Under the pieces are notes generated by a model, which saw only the letters and a list, made by a program, of their open reading frames with translations, was not told where the DNA came from and did no database searches. From NCBI GenBank assembly GCA_905178155.1, contig CAJINV010000002.1, positions 9,063,412 through 9,127,411 of the forward strand: a stretch of 64,000 bases of DNA. The letters are read 5' to 3'. The stretch comes from Amoebophrya sp. A120 (lineage: Eukaryota > Protista > Dinoflagellata). The first letter of the stretch is position 1; every line of letters starts with the position of its first letter. Both the position numbers and the translations under genes were made by a program. Below, in pieces: positions 12,501 through 25,208 of the stretch.

Positions 12501-15500
12501 CGAAGAGCACATGTTTTGGCTCGGGAGCGGCACCGGGCGGTGCCTGGCGAAGGACGGGATTGCGGAAGACGACGCGAAGGAGGTGCGGACCGACGACAGC
12601 ACTGCCACCAAGCGCGACTACGCGGTGTTCGGGTTGGACAAACAGTTGCAGCAATGCCTCAAGGACGCGACCTGTTGTTACGTGAGTTGGTTCGCCACCG
12701 ACGGGTTGGAAAACGCGAACTTCTACCGCCGCAGCGCGGAGGGCCCGGACTTCCAGGACTGCGAAATCCAGCCCTTCAGCGGCGGCGGCCTCACGGTCGC
12801 GCTCGGAATGTCCGGCGCAGAAGAGCCCGCCCGCCTCGCGGAAACCTTTGAAAAGTCGACCTGCAGGGTTCCCATGGGCTCGATCTCCCCCACTTCCGTT
12901 CCGCTTCCGATCACGGCCCCCAGGGGCGTTTCTTGGCGGTATTACGCCACGCACTGCTACATGGAAACGAGTTTCTACCGCATAAGTGACCCGATTCAAG
13001 AGCGGGCGAGCAAGCTGATTTTCAACACGGCCGCGGACGCGGACGGAGTCGCTCCGCTGGGGACTTTTTTCGAGAAGTGCGCCACGCTGTGCGAGACCAG
13101 CTACGCGATGGAGTTGACCCACCTGAAGCAGCGAGACTTCCAGTGCCAGTGCTGGCGCGGGGAGGAAGCCTTTCTGAACCGCGATCGGGAGCTGGTGCTC
13201 GACACCGCCACCAAGACGAATCAGGGAACTGGACTGGATTCGAAAGTGCACGGCTGCGATCCGGACCAGAGTCAAGATGCAGACATGCCCTGGACGTACT
13301 TGCTCATTAACACGGAGCTGACCGGGAGTTTATCAAATGTAAAAGTGTCTGGGTCTGGAAGAATGCAACTCGTGACGCTGCATTTGGATTCCAGAAAAAT
13401 CTGTATTGCATGAGTACCAACAGGAATGCAATTTTTGCTACGCCGAGAGGGCATTTGTCATGCGGAATAGGCACCAAGAAGCTCTCAAAAAATCTGTGAT
13501 GCTAGGGCACGCATCACAAACATCAGGCCTCATGCACAACGTGCATGACAGGCGTCAGAATCTTCCAGACCCAGACATTTTTACAGTTGATAGAGTTGCC
13601 ACACGAACCACGACACCCGCTACACGGGCGGTCGCCCGTCCAACGGCACCACGGCGGACGGCGCGGCTCGCGGCATTCGCACGCTCGTCGGCTGTCAGCA
13701 GTGGTGCGCGGAAAATGCGGACTGTGAAGGATTCAACTTTATCAAGTCCGATCCGAACCGCGACAACTGTTTTCCGCTCGCCGATCTGCAAGCAGGTACA
13801 ACGACGCTGGAACACAGATCGGAGGGATTGTCGGACACAATGGAGGTGCTGGGCAAGTGTCGCGAGGAGGCAAATGGAGGCAGGGAAGCCTCGCGGAGGA
13901 TCGACCAGAAGATCATGGTTGATACAGACGAAGTGGGTCTGATGGAGAAGGAACCCCGGAGAAGACGAGATGGAGCACCACCGGAAGGAGCGGCCATTCG
14001 TTCGAATAAGGTCATGATGAAAGACGAAGAAGACACCACAGCTCGAAGAAGTGAGGAGCATAGTGATGATGAAGCACCACCACCAGGTTCCTTTTCGTCG
14101 TTGCTCGCAACCGGGCGGATCTTCGAGGTTTACAGTGCTCGTCTTTCAGGTGAGTCTGCACTTGTTCCTCATGATGAAGCAGCTCCACGCACAACTGCGA
14201 CCAAGGAACATACCATCGCTGACGCAGCGATGACGCCGCTCCCATCCAGCGCGCAGTCACAAAGCGAGGAAATCGAGGAAGATGTAGTTGACGATAAGAA
14301 CACCGAAGTTGTTGAACAAGAGAGTGACGCAGCTGAACAACCCGACTCGAAACTACTGTATCGCGGGGCAGGGAAAGGAGCCGTTGTGCGTAAAAAGGTC
14401 GCTGAGGACCAGCGCATCAAGGTAGGGCGCGGTGTCGTAGAAATGCTACCGCCGTTCGGCGTTTTGGTTAGCAGCGAGCAAGATCCGCCAAACAGTCGGG
14501 AGGCGCTAACGGACCAAGACGTCGTCGGGACCCTGTTTCAAACCCGGAACGACACCGATCGCTGTATCCAGTGTAAAAATGTCTGGGTCTGGAGGAGTCA
14601 TGCTGTTTCTGCATGACACAGAAGGTCTGGCATGGAAGCTCTAGCATCACAGGTTTCGAGAAGCTGCCGCAATGCCGAATCCGCATGACAAATCCCTGAC
14701 TTTGGTGACAGAAAGTGGGAACTTTTGCTGCCTATGCATGAGAGAATTTTCTGTGTTCTGAAATGCGCATCACAAGTTTGGACTCTTCCAGACCCAGACA
14801 TTTTTACATTTGATACGCTGTCCCTTTGTGCAACTTGATTTGGGGGCCGCTCTCGCCGACGTGGCGGCCGTGCGTCTGGGCATTCCGCTCGCACTCGCCT
14901 ACCTGCGCAGGCTATACTTCGTGACGAACGCCGACTTCACGATGGAAAGCAAGGCCGACGGCTCCCCGGAGGTGACCATGCCGGCGCGGAACGCGGGCCT
15001 GCAGGTGTTTGTCACGAATACCTCGCGCGCGACGACCCCCCTCTGTGCGACCAAACAACTCAAAGCGCACGTTGCAGGACTCAACATCACCGAGGGGACC
15101 TGCGAGCCGGTGGATGGACAGCCGCTTGTGGGCTGCCCGGTGGTTCCCGCCAAGGATCTGTGTAGCACGGTTGCCTATGACCACGCTCATTTTGACTCGG
15201 GCATGGAGCCCATCGGCGTGGCGCCGGAAACAAATGGCGCTCTGCGCCACGACACACGCATTGGCCGTATGCAGATCGACTGTTCGAAGACCGAGCCCGG
15301 GAGGTACGTTGTGCTGCACCTTCCAGGGTCCGCAAGTGGCACGGAACTCCGTAGTCTGGGCCTCACGGAGCTCACCGCCTACGGGACTTTCATTATCACG
15401 ACGACGACCTCGACGACCACCACGACGACAACCACGACAACAACGATAACCACCACTACACACGCGGGCGCGGGCGGTTTTATTGCGCGAAAAAGGCATG

Positions 15501-15514
15501 ATCATTCGGAATGA
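9598..15514 (+). CDS. Large secreted Cys-rich protein with repeated QDDAWC units, PAN/apple-like modules and a Thr-rich tail
   Basis: Removing the TIR introns at 9915, 10995, 13331 and 14565 joins ORFs 9508/10910/11188/13828/14810 in frame. The junction after 13331 gives TGSCHTNHDTRY...GCQQWCAENADCEGFNFIK...NCF (PAN/apple pattern). Four QxDxWC repeats; hydrophobic N-terminus ALALLFVVA. Confidence 0.7.
9915..10915. mobile_element. 1001-bp TIR element acting as an intron, with a nested element
   Basis: TIRs taccaacgtgaattttgtctgcagctgaaaaattc / gaatttttcagctgcagacaaaattcctcttggta. DR gttct at 9910-9914 and 10916-10920. Removal gives in-frame RVGVLPGAAA. Confidence 0.8.
10244..10535. mobile_element. 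~290-bp TIR element nested inside the 9915-10915 element
   Basis: Perfect 24-bp IR atgaaggtccgtagctagtttaac (10245-10268) / gttaaactagctacggaccttcat (10511-10534). No intact TSD. Confidence 0.7.
10995..11279. mobile_element. 285-bp TIR introner
   Basis: TIRs tatggtggcgtcagcgacgcttttttcaa / ttgaaaaaagcgtcgttgaccgggccata. The 5-bp DR is eroded, but removing element + 5 nt keeps the frame. Confidence 0.75.
13331..13592. mobile_element. Introner family A copy 1 (262 bp)
   Basis: TIR tatcaaatgtaaaagtgtctgggtctggaaga / tcttccagacccagacatttttacagttgata; DR gagtt; frame restored. Confidence 0.92.
14565..14815. mobile_element. Introner family A copy 2 (251 bp)
   Basis: Family A TIRs; DR cgctg (14560-14564, 14816-14820). 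The junction reads DTDRCPFVQL. Confidence 0.92.
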
Positions 15515-17226
15515 TGCTGGGCATTGAACCGCGGACCAAGAAAAGAGGTTGAAGGCACACTCCTTGTCACGCGATAAATTATCTACCGTTCGAAGACAAA
15601 GAGCAGCAACGTGAGACACGGTTGAGCATGATGAAAAAGTTCCAGCGTGATAACAAACAAATCTGATAAATGCGGCATTAGCTGTGCCAGTGCCACAAAA
15701 AGTAAGAATAAGGACTTGAGAAGTTGCAAAGTATGCTTTCGTTTTTAGACATTCAGATACTTATTAGAGCGCAAGCTCGTCGCTCGTCTAACTGAGTCGT
15801 TCCCGCGGCCTTTCGCTCTAAAGAGTGAGGCAGGGAGTTTTTGGGTTTTTTTCACATATGCAGAAGGCTTCCACGTTTCGCAATTTTTTTTCAGACGAGT
15901 CAAGCTCGAGATTAGGGACGCTGGGTGTTGCGTCGGGTAGCTATGTTCCATAAAATGAAAACGCCGCCTACACTTATTCAATGTCGAATTCATTTGGGAC
16001 AGTAAAAGAAGAACCCAATGTAAATGGAATGTCGAATTTAAATCATGCTCACGTATGAAACAGAAACGGAATGAGTCTGTTTTTCTCATTTATCTCGATT
16101 CTCCAACAACAGTGCTATAGCCCAAAGAGAATCCTAAGGCTTCGGATGAAAACCTGCCGCCAACTGTGATGGTGAGAAAAGAATTGTAGTGTCGGAGGCT
16201 CCTTGTCCTTGATTTTGATCCAGAGTTGTGAGGGAGGCAGTTTAGGATGATGATACGCAGCATCGCGTGTGAGATTGTGACGGAGTCTGAGAACCGATGA
16301 GGCAGAGCGTGAGCATCTTTCTTAAAAGTCTGTCGTGTCGGTTGTTCTCGTCTTCGATGTCAACGTTGGTCTCGATTTTCGTTCATGAGGCCAAAGAGTA
16401 GAACAATTTCAATGGATCTTCACTTGTGTCATCAGGTCCTCATTTTCATCTTATACTCACAACGATCTTTTACTTTTTTCCAGATAACACAAGAAAAGTT
16501 TAGCAGTCGCCTCTCCCGATCGATGCGAGGACTCTAAGCACACTGTTGATGACAACATACATACATCTCCTGTTATAATAGTTGTAACCGGCAACTGGGG
16601 TCGTGTCAAGCGGCACGCGTAGGTACCACGCGGAAAGAAAACCGCTTTTGCTCCCAAAGTTGGAAGGATGGGAAACGCGTTGCTCCGGCGCGTCGAGGCC
16701 ACGCTGGATCGCAACCGGCTCGAAGACAATCCAACGGCGCCCGCGTTTCGAAAAATATTCCGTTCCTGGAATAGTACTGATCTGTGGACCGGGCTGAGAA
16801 GGTAGATTGGTTACGGTTGTTTTTGTTCTCGTGCTTCCTTTGGATAAGAAAGGAAACATCGAGAATCCAATGAACAGAATTGATTCGGATGCTTGTTTTG
16901 AAGAAGCATAAAAGACAAACAGATGTGACGATTGATTTGTTATCAAATTTAGGTACTGGAATGAGTATCCGAAACGGCCAGAATGGCTTTCCTATGGCGA
17001 TATGCAGCACGTTCTGTGTCTCGATGAAGCAGAGGCGATGTTTCTTTGGGATGCATGCGCAAATCAAGGAATGGAGATGATCCGTATTTTTTGCTTCGTC
17101 GACAGCATTGCTGGTTTTTTGCCACCGTCTTTTCCTAAGAAAGAAGTTTGTTTGTGCTGACGCATCTTCGGCCAGTACGTACTACATGAGATCAGATTTC
17201 TTGTACGTTGACATAAATAAACAAGA

Positions 17227-19153
17227 TTGAAGGAAAGAAAAAATCACCTTCCTATCCTGTTTTCTTCAGATCGCAACGACATGTTTGGGTCCATCGCCCT
17301 TTATTGCGGGTCCAATTGCATGGAAAAAGGCCGGTTTTTCCTCGCGCTCTTCGACACCAACGGGCGGGGCCTGATCAGCATCAACCAGCTCCATCTGTTG
17401 GTGTTCTCCGCCCTGGAACTGCTGGGGAAGCTTGCCGGTTGTACAAACAAGCAGAAGGACGTGAACCGAGAACTGCAAAACCATTTGGATTACCTCATGG
17501 AGCCCTTGTCCACAGTGTACGGGTTCGAAGCGCTGTCCAAAACTTTGTGCGACACGAGGGACACGCTTGCCGAGGACGGCGATTTCATGAACGACCTGAT
17601 TCTCGGACTCATCGAGGTGCAGGAACTGGCGAAATTCGCGGAGGACCTCGTGGACTCGAGTTTTATCGGGAAGCACCACTCCGCCATCGAAAACCCGAAG
17701 CGGAAATCACCCTCGTTGGTCATGACCAACGCGCCCTCCCGAGACTTCGACAAGGAGGCGCTGGCGAAGACAACAAAACTCGCGGAAACGGTTACGAGCG
17801 GGAAGACGGCGACGAGCTCCGGCAGTCACGGGGTCGAAAAGACCAGGCACGGCGTATTCTGAGTAAAATCGTCCTCACCCCATAGTCAAGATGGGGATTT
17901 TGCAACACAAAGAAACCTGGAAGTTTTGTCACTCATGCATCACAAGTTCCAGTCCGTAGTGTAGTGCAAGCAGGTCAGCAAGGGCAAACGCATCAGAAAT
18001 CCATCTGCTTATCCTGGTTACAGCATTACAAATGCCAAAACACGACTAGAAATTCCTCTCATGGAGATGCCCATTACAAATGTTCCTGTCATTGCAAATC
18101 TGCATGACAACTCTGACTGGGGTGGGGACGTTTTTACAAATGACACGGGGGCGGGTACGCGAGCGGCAGTGAGAGCGGCATGGACCCCACGACCTCGGTG
18201 AAAAGCGGGCCAATAGTGGTGCTGGCCGAGGAATGGATTTCGCTGACAGTAGGATACCCGGACGCGAAAGGTCTGTTTGGGCGGAAATCTCTGCTAAGAT
18301 TTTTGATACCAAAAGACAGAATTTCATGTTGTCATGTACGACTATGATCATCAAATTGAAGATGTGAGTCACAATCTGTTCCTGTTCATAGGAAAAAGCA
18401 GAATTGCTAATAAAACACCGCAGGCAGCTTGTTCAACCCAGCGCTGTCGAAGCGATTAAAACGCGAAATCAGCACGGGGCTAGGATGTAGCGACCATCGG
18501 GTGATCATACAGTACGTTGGGCAAGGGGTCGCACACATCGCGCTCGGTGGAAAAAGGTATTTAAGTATGTATCTTTGACGATTGTTCTTTTCTTTCAGTT
18601 TGCGACTGCGCCAGACCCGAAGAGTCACGTGATAGTGCAGGGCTGGCTGCCTTTTGCCATGCATCAAACTAAATTTATACGCTCAGACTTGCCGGCGCGG
18701 GTCAAGATCCCCGTACTGCCGCACAGCTAGCGTATGTCTTCCTTGCCGCGATGCAGACCAGTGCTTCTACCTTGCGGAAGGGACTCCTGAAGGAAGCTTA
18801 CGTCTACGAGGGAGTGAAAATTGCAGAGGCGCAGTGTGCCGATATCGATAGCGACCCAGCGTTGAAGGTACGACAGGGATCTTGCTTGTTCTATCGTTGG
18901 GGCGATTTTTCCGTCTGGGGCTTCAGCTCTGGTGTTTGCTGCTAAAAAGTCTTGGCTGTCACAGGTGCGCCCTGTGCCACCTGTCAAGGAGTATTTGCTT
19001 ATGTTTGGAAATCACAAAAATAATCAGGCGATGCTCCAGCCCCGGGAGGCGGAGCCACAGACTCCCACCAGCCACGCGCACGCAGTCGCCGACGTCGGGA
19101 CACCATCAGACTCGGGGCGATACATCGATCTGCCACTGCAGATTCAAATTTAG
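17227..19153 (+). CDS. EF-hand (calcineurin-B/recoverin-like) protein, multi-exon; ends uncertain
   Basis: EKGRFFLALFDTNGRGLISINQL is an EF-hand loop in calcineurin-B-like context. The frame continues after removing the element at 17855. Downstream exons are tentative. Confidence 0.55.
17855..18145. mobile_element. Degenerate introner family B copy
   Basis: Left end tattctgagtaaaatcgtcc, with an interior similar to 23672-23954. Right end eroded (tttttacaaatgaca). DR cggcg/cgggg. Confidence 0.8.
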
Positions 19154-20453
19154 ATCGAAACTTTATATCTACGTATTCCTACTGCACGCCGGTTGTAACA
19201 AGTAGCTGCGTTTCATTCACTGGACGCTATGCTACTACACCGCGCGCGAAGAAAGGATCCAGTATTTTGCTTGTACAATTGAATTCGGACTTCCCTCCGT
19301 GGTCTGGTCCCTTACAACGGATTCTACTGAACTGTTACTATGCCCTACGCTCATCTTCCATCAATGAAGATGCAAAGCTGTACGATAGGATGGAATTAAA
19401 TGGACGCGCAATTGGTCTTTACAGATGGAACAGCTCGCTTTATGTAGTACCCTACTGTATTTCTTTTGTGCCCAAAAAAAGTTCTTGACCTTGAATCTGA
19501 TTCCGAATAAGTACGGTAAAGGCCCCCAAAAATCACCTTACCAAAATGAAAAAATTAGGGTGTTGTCAGTCGTCGATGGCGTTCGCAGAAACAAACACTA
19601 CAAATCGAAACGACCCAAAGAAAAAGCCTACCCTCCTGTACGCTATCCTGTTCGAAAGAAAAAAATCAAATTTTGCTGGAAAGATAAAACCAAGAAGACA
19701 GCATAGTGCTCTTTGCTCAAACTCTGTTCAACGTTGGCTTTCGTTGGTTGCAGCAACTGGCGAGGGCTATAAAATTAAAACTCACAAAGTACAAGTAGAG
19801 GCAGACCAACAAGATCCGCAACTTTTTTTCACGGTAAATGGACATGGAGGAAGCACTACCGAAGATCCTTTTAGCCAAAACACAACATGATCTAGGTTTC
19901 CAGAAATTACGTGGGTGTATGATGACCCAACGAACTCGAAAAATTGCGATTTTTCAATTTGCGCTCACTTCCAGGGACGTTGTTTTATTAGAGGCGAGAA
20001 AATATTACTTCGAATCTTGAAGGGAAACAACTTCATTTAGGGATTTGGCGAGCTTTGCTCTTCCACCTTGCATGCGGAACCTACGTCTGGTCTAGGATTT
20101 AAATCGCGTAGTGTCAAACACGAATTTCCAGCGCAATAGCAGTGCACAAGAACTCAAGGAACTACAAGCTGTACGAGTCGCACAGCTCCTACATCTCATC
20201 ACGCAGACTGTTTTTGTATGAAATAGTGATTATAGATAGCGACCTCTTCTACTTCTTGATACTTCCCCACATTGCCTAACCCAGCGGAAAGTCTATGACT
20301 AATTCTCCGGCTTCTGGTCGCGATCGGAAGCTGTGTCCCACGATCTGCCCCAGCAGAGGTTCCGCAAGCAGTTGCTCCCCAGCGAAAAAAGCAACTACAT
20401 CCCCGCCAATTCGCGCTTCGCCCAAGCCGCAGAAAGACCACAACGACAGCACC

Positions 20454-21065
20454 ATGGCCGCAGTTGACAGCACGGAAGAGGACCTGCGGGAGAAGCAGGA
20501 GTCGGCCCTGCGCGAGAACATCCGCACCAAGGGCACGAACGCCTACTACTACGCGCACAACCGAAAGTTCGAGGTGCCGGCCGATGCGATCATCCGGTCC
20601 GGGCCGGGTATCATAACGGGGGGTGCACCAGTGCCGCTCGACAAACCCGACTTTGACTGCTCGCTTACTACCGTGGACGGCGGGAGTACTAGACTGCCCA
20701 AGGTCCCCCCAGGCAGTGTGAAGGTGGACAAGTACCTCTTGGTGGACGAGAACGAGAAGATCCAGGTCATCGTCGACTTCAACGAGATCCTGAAGAGCGA
20801 GGCCGCGAGACAAAATTTGTCGCTGGACAGCGTGGAGTTCGAAATGAGCAACGAGAGTTCCTTCACCCTCGTCTGCTTCACCTCGGACAAGCTGGACGAA
20901 ACGGGAAAGCAGACCGCGTACGCACTGACCTGCGACAATTTGAAGCACGACGTGGTGGCGGAAAAGTGCAAACACCGGGTAAACAAGGACAAGAAAAAGG
21001 TCACGGTCAACCTGGTCAAACAAATCGCACAAAAGTGGGGACAGTTGAGCAGCACCGGAAAGTAG
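20454..21065 (+). CDS. CS (p23/SGT1/CacyBP-like) domain protein
   Basis: Intronless ORF with N-terminal ALRENIRTKGTNAYYYAH and a C-terminal beta-sandwich pattern (KYLLVDENEKIQVIV...LKHDVVAEKCKHRVNKDKKKVTVNLVK...W). Confidence 0.65.
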   Translation: MAAVDSTEEDLREKQESALRENIRTKGTNAYYYAHNRKFEVPADAIIRSGPGIITGGAPVPLDKPDFDCSLTTVDGGSTRLPKVPPGSVKVDKYLLVDENEKIQVIVDFNEILKSEAARQNLSLDSVEFEMSNESSFTLVCFTSDKLDETGKQTAYALTCDNLKHDVVAEKCKHRVNKDKKKVTVNLVKQIAQKWGQLSSTGK

Positions 21066-22034
21066 TAGTGTGTGGAGAGCAGGGAAGATGATGGTGTCGT
21101 GGAGGGTTTATTGGTACATAGTTTGTATACTTGTTTCCGGCGCTACGGGAGCAAAATGTGGAATCCTGAAATGTACTTACGCACACCCTCCGATCTTCTC
21201 CGAGAAGTGTGTCGTCGCGCTCGTCGCGCGGCGCATATGTCAGAAGATCGAGATTCTATTACGAGTACGTCTGTGCTAGTAGTAGTTCCACAGGAACATC
21301 TCATTTTGAAATGCAGATGATGTACGTTCTGGCTTTATGGCTCACAAAAACCTTGGCTACTTCGCAAATGCAACTTCTCAACATTTTCCGGCAGAACGAA
21401 ATGCATGCGCGCTTTTCACCCAAAATTTATGATTGAAATTCTTCTCGACAATTTCAATTTGACCAGAATACATGTGTGGCTTGGAGTTCTGCGTCAGCAT
21501 TTTTTTGGTGAAGCAGGGCAGGAGCAGAAAAACTTTTAATGTCTGTTCGACACGTCGTGTTTCTATGTGTTTCTCGTCGCGCTTGGTGGTTTCTCGTTGA
21601 GGCACTCCTATGTCTTATACAGCAATCGGTCGTTTAGCTGTTCCTTTATTTTTGACAAATCGGTCCCCTCGACGAAATTCTCGTACCTTGAGTTTCGGTG
21701 CAACTAGCACCAGCAACGAAACCGCCCATTGTTTTGATAGACAAAGAAAATATAAGTTTTGATAGACAAAACTGCTCTGGAAATTCGTCTGTAATAAACG
21801 CGGTACTGTTTGATAATTCAAGCACTTTTCCTTCTGAACATCAAAAAGAACACAAGCTGTGAAAGATCGCTGCTCTACATTTATGAGTGGAGCCGTAGCT
21901 CCGGAATGGCACAGCTGTATACTTATTTTTAGCGTCATTCCTGTATTGGATCGCACTTTGTTTAAGAGTTCTTGGCCACAACTTCCGTTATAGTTTTGAG
22001 TGCCCCCCGGCACGGTCTCATGACAATTTCCATA

Positions 22035-24520
22035 ATGAGTAACTCGTTGTCACCAGAGAAGAATAAAGCAGACGCCAGTCATGATCTCTCTCGTCTGCCG
22101 AAATGGAAGATCGACATGCACACGCACATTTTGCCGAAGAAGTGGCCGAGCCATTTCCCTGGTGTGGACCTGGAGCTGCAAATTTTCGCGGAAAACGAGG
22201 AAAACCAGTTCGAACCACAGTGCAACTTTGTGCCCTTTGAACGGCCAACCGGATTCGTGGCACAGATGCAGTGGCGGAAGGGATCGGGCCGGGCGAAGGA
22301 GCTCTCTGCTGACGGGGGCACAAAGCCCGTGCTCTTCCGGAAATGCCGCGCAAACCTGTTTGACTGTGAAGAAGTGCTCAAGGACTGCGACGCCTACGGG
22401 ATTATGCTCTGCGAATAAAGCGTTGTGATGTTCGTGTTTTGTCAACCGTCTAAGAGCTCCTCGCGCAAAAAAAGAAAACAGAGTAGACATCTTGTTTTCC
22501 TCGTCCTGACAGTATCTCTCTTAACTAGAATTCCAGATGAAGTTCCAATTTTGTTTTCCAGCCGAGGCAAAAGCAACCGCAAATGCACTTGGGCACTCGC
22601 TCTGCGCATGCGGCACAGTAAAAATATCGAAATCGACGACGTTTTCTCCCTGCATAGACCCGGACCTGCAGGTTTTGTCCACCGTTCCCGTGATGTTCAA
22701 TTACCAACTAGCGCCGACCATCGGCGCGGAGTGGTCGAAATTTCTGAACCAGGACATGGGACGGGTTTGCAAGACCTGTTCCCAGCCAGGCCGCCTTGCG
22801 GGTTTGGGCACACTGCCACTGCAGCACCCGGAGCTGGCCGCGAAGGAGGCCGAGCGCGCGGTGCTGGAGGACGGCCTGAAGGGCTTTCAGATCGGCTCGC
22901 ACGTGAACATGCCCAACGGGGAGAAAAACATGTACCTTTACGATAAGCGGTTAGACTGCGTGTGGCAGACCTTGGAGAGGCTTGGGGCGCCGCTTCTCGT
23001 ACACCCCTGGGATATGGAATACATCGACAGCAAATACTGGCTGCCGTGTATCATGCGGAAAAAATATTATGGGTGTGTTTACTGATGTACTACTTTCTAT
23101 GCCAGAGCTCCAAGATGTGATCGCGAGCTGTTGACAGTATGGAATCAATAAGACTTAGTAGGTGCTGCGGCAACAAAGCAGCGTTTCATCCGCGACAAGA
23201 CGTAAGTTATTTTGATTTATTCATCAATTGCATGATTCCCGAAGACTCGTCCTCATATCACCGAACTGTGCCATTTCGGGCCGCAAACAGCTCGTAGTAC
23301 TCTGGTGTGGAGAGTACACTGGTGACTCACGCAGACAGAAATTTTCCCTTTCATAGCTTGGTTAGTAGGAATGCCAGCGGAGATGTCGCTTAGCATGTGC
23401 CACATCATGCTCTCCGGCGTGATGGACAGGTAAGAGTGGTAAAACCGGAAGTTTTTTTTTGGAATACGTGTTGCTTTAGGTACTATAGTCGCATGTCGTT
23501 TGAAGCAATGGAGCAAATGCAAAGCAAGGCGGCTCAGGTTGGGTGTGCTTTTATTTGAAGTTGCTTTCCACCTGCCATCTCAGATTTCGGAACCTGAAGT
23601 GGATGTTTTCGCACGGCGGTGGTGCGGTTCCGGGTACGCTTGGCCGCATCGAGTGGGGGTACCGGTGTCGCTATCCTGAGTAAAAACGTACCCACACCAG
23701 AGTCAAGATGGGGATTTTGCAACACAAACCTAGGAGTTTTGGGAGTCACGCATGACAAGTTTCAGTCCGTAAGGTTGGTAGTGCAAGTTAGCAAGGAAAG
23801 CCGCATCACAAATCGACCTTCTGATCCTGTTCACAGCATCGCAAATTCCAAAACACGATTGGAAATGGCTCTCATGGGGATGCGCATCACAAATGTCTTT
23901 GTCATTGCAAATCTGCATTACAACTCTGGGGTGGGTACGTTTTTACTCAGGATAGTCGCCCCGACCTGGTGGGCCTGGATTCCGCGAAGACGAATCCCCG
24001 GGAGGCGTTCAAGAGACTCTACCTGGATAGCATTACGCACGACGAAAATATGCTCCAGCACGTGATCCGCAACTTGACCACCGCAGACAAGGTGGCGCTG
24101 GGATCGGACTACCCGTTCCCCTTGGGCGAAGTGCCATCGGTCGCACCGGGCACGGTCGATGCGCTGTCCGGGGCTATTTTGGATACGTACCCGGGCGAGA
24201 TGGTGGAGACCACACCGTTTTTGTCGGATAGTATCCCCCGTGAAAGGTCCTGTATCGCACTCGTATCCGCATGATCTTCATCAAAAGAACTGTAGAAGCA
24301 TGAGGTGAAATTGCATAAAATGGCGCGGCTTCCAATGCAGTACCAAATGTAGCGTCCTTCCCATGTGCACGCGTGCGATGCTTATTTATGCATAGTCGGC
24401 GAGAGGGAGCAGATCCTGTACAAAACCGGACTCGAGTTCCTCAACATGCGAGAGCAGGAGTTGGTAAAACACGACAGAACCAAAGGCTTTCGTTGCACCG
24501 ATCGCTTTACTTACATGTGA
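22035..24520 (+). CDS. ACMSD: 2-amino-3-carboxymuconate-6-semialdehyde decarboxylase (amidohydrolase superfamily)
   Basis: Motifs KIDMHTHILP, QVLSTVPVMFNY, LLVHPWDM, YWLPWLVGMPAE (after splicing), HGGG, GRIEWGYRCRPDL and GSDYPFPLGE. The introns are a mix of canonical and TIR types. Confidence 0.9.
23672..23954. mobile_element. Introner family B copy (283 bp)
   Basis: TIR tatcctgagtaaaaacgtacccacaccagag / ctctggggtgggtacgtttttactcaggata; DR gtcgc. Restores the ACMSD segment GYRCRPDL. Confidence 0.93.
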
Positions 24521-25208
24521 ATGCTAGCCACAGTACTTATTTTTTTCGTCGCTGCCTATCGCCATTTGCATTTTTGCCTGGCTTGCAGCCGCTGCGTTCC
24601 TGGGGAACTGATTACACGGCGAGTGTGTTCCGGTCGTGTAGGGTTGTTGCGTTACGGTCTGCGGCAGCGCATACAACCGGATGAAATTCCGATTCGGTCA
24701 CGGTTGTATAATCGGTATGTGTTTTTGTTATGCTTCATCGAGCAGGTTTCTCTCTCTTAATTCGGTCGTTTCTGTCTGTGAGAGAAGATATCGGTCTTGC
24801 AAATTGCAAACTGGGGTTTTGTTTTCGGTGCGCGCCACTTGATGGGCTTTCCCTTTCGGTTTTTTCATTCTCTGTGACCTTCGGGCAAGGCAAGGTTGCC
24901 ACGTACTGTCAATGTGGCGTTTGGCCATGATTCAATGTAGTACGTATTTGCCAAGAATTTATTCGCCGATAAATTAGACTCCATGTTTCAGCGCTTTCAT
25001 TTAATCTTCATCGAGTTCGAGGCACTGGCACGAAGCGTGATCGCATCTTTCCATCTTCAGGAACCAGGAATACCCGGTCTGTCTTTTCCACTCAAGGTCT
25101 TGACAAGACGCACCTATTTTTCTCATTCGATTCGTTTCAAGTTCTACTTGATTGCGCCTCTCGTGCAAAGACAAAGAGTCTCCTCCAGTACAAGAATCAT
25201 TTACGAAA

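Noticed and set aside
11689-13275. 528-aa minus-strand ORF (also 25197-26669, 20199-21032, 53199-53942)
   Set aside because: These are antisense shadows of GC3-rich + strand genes with recognisable products.
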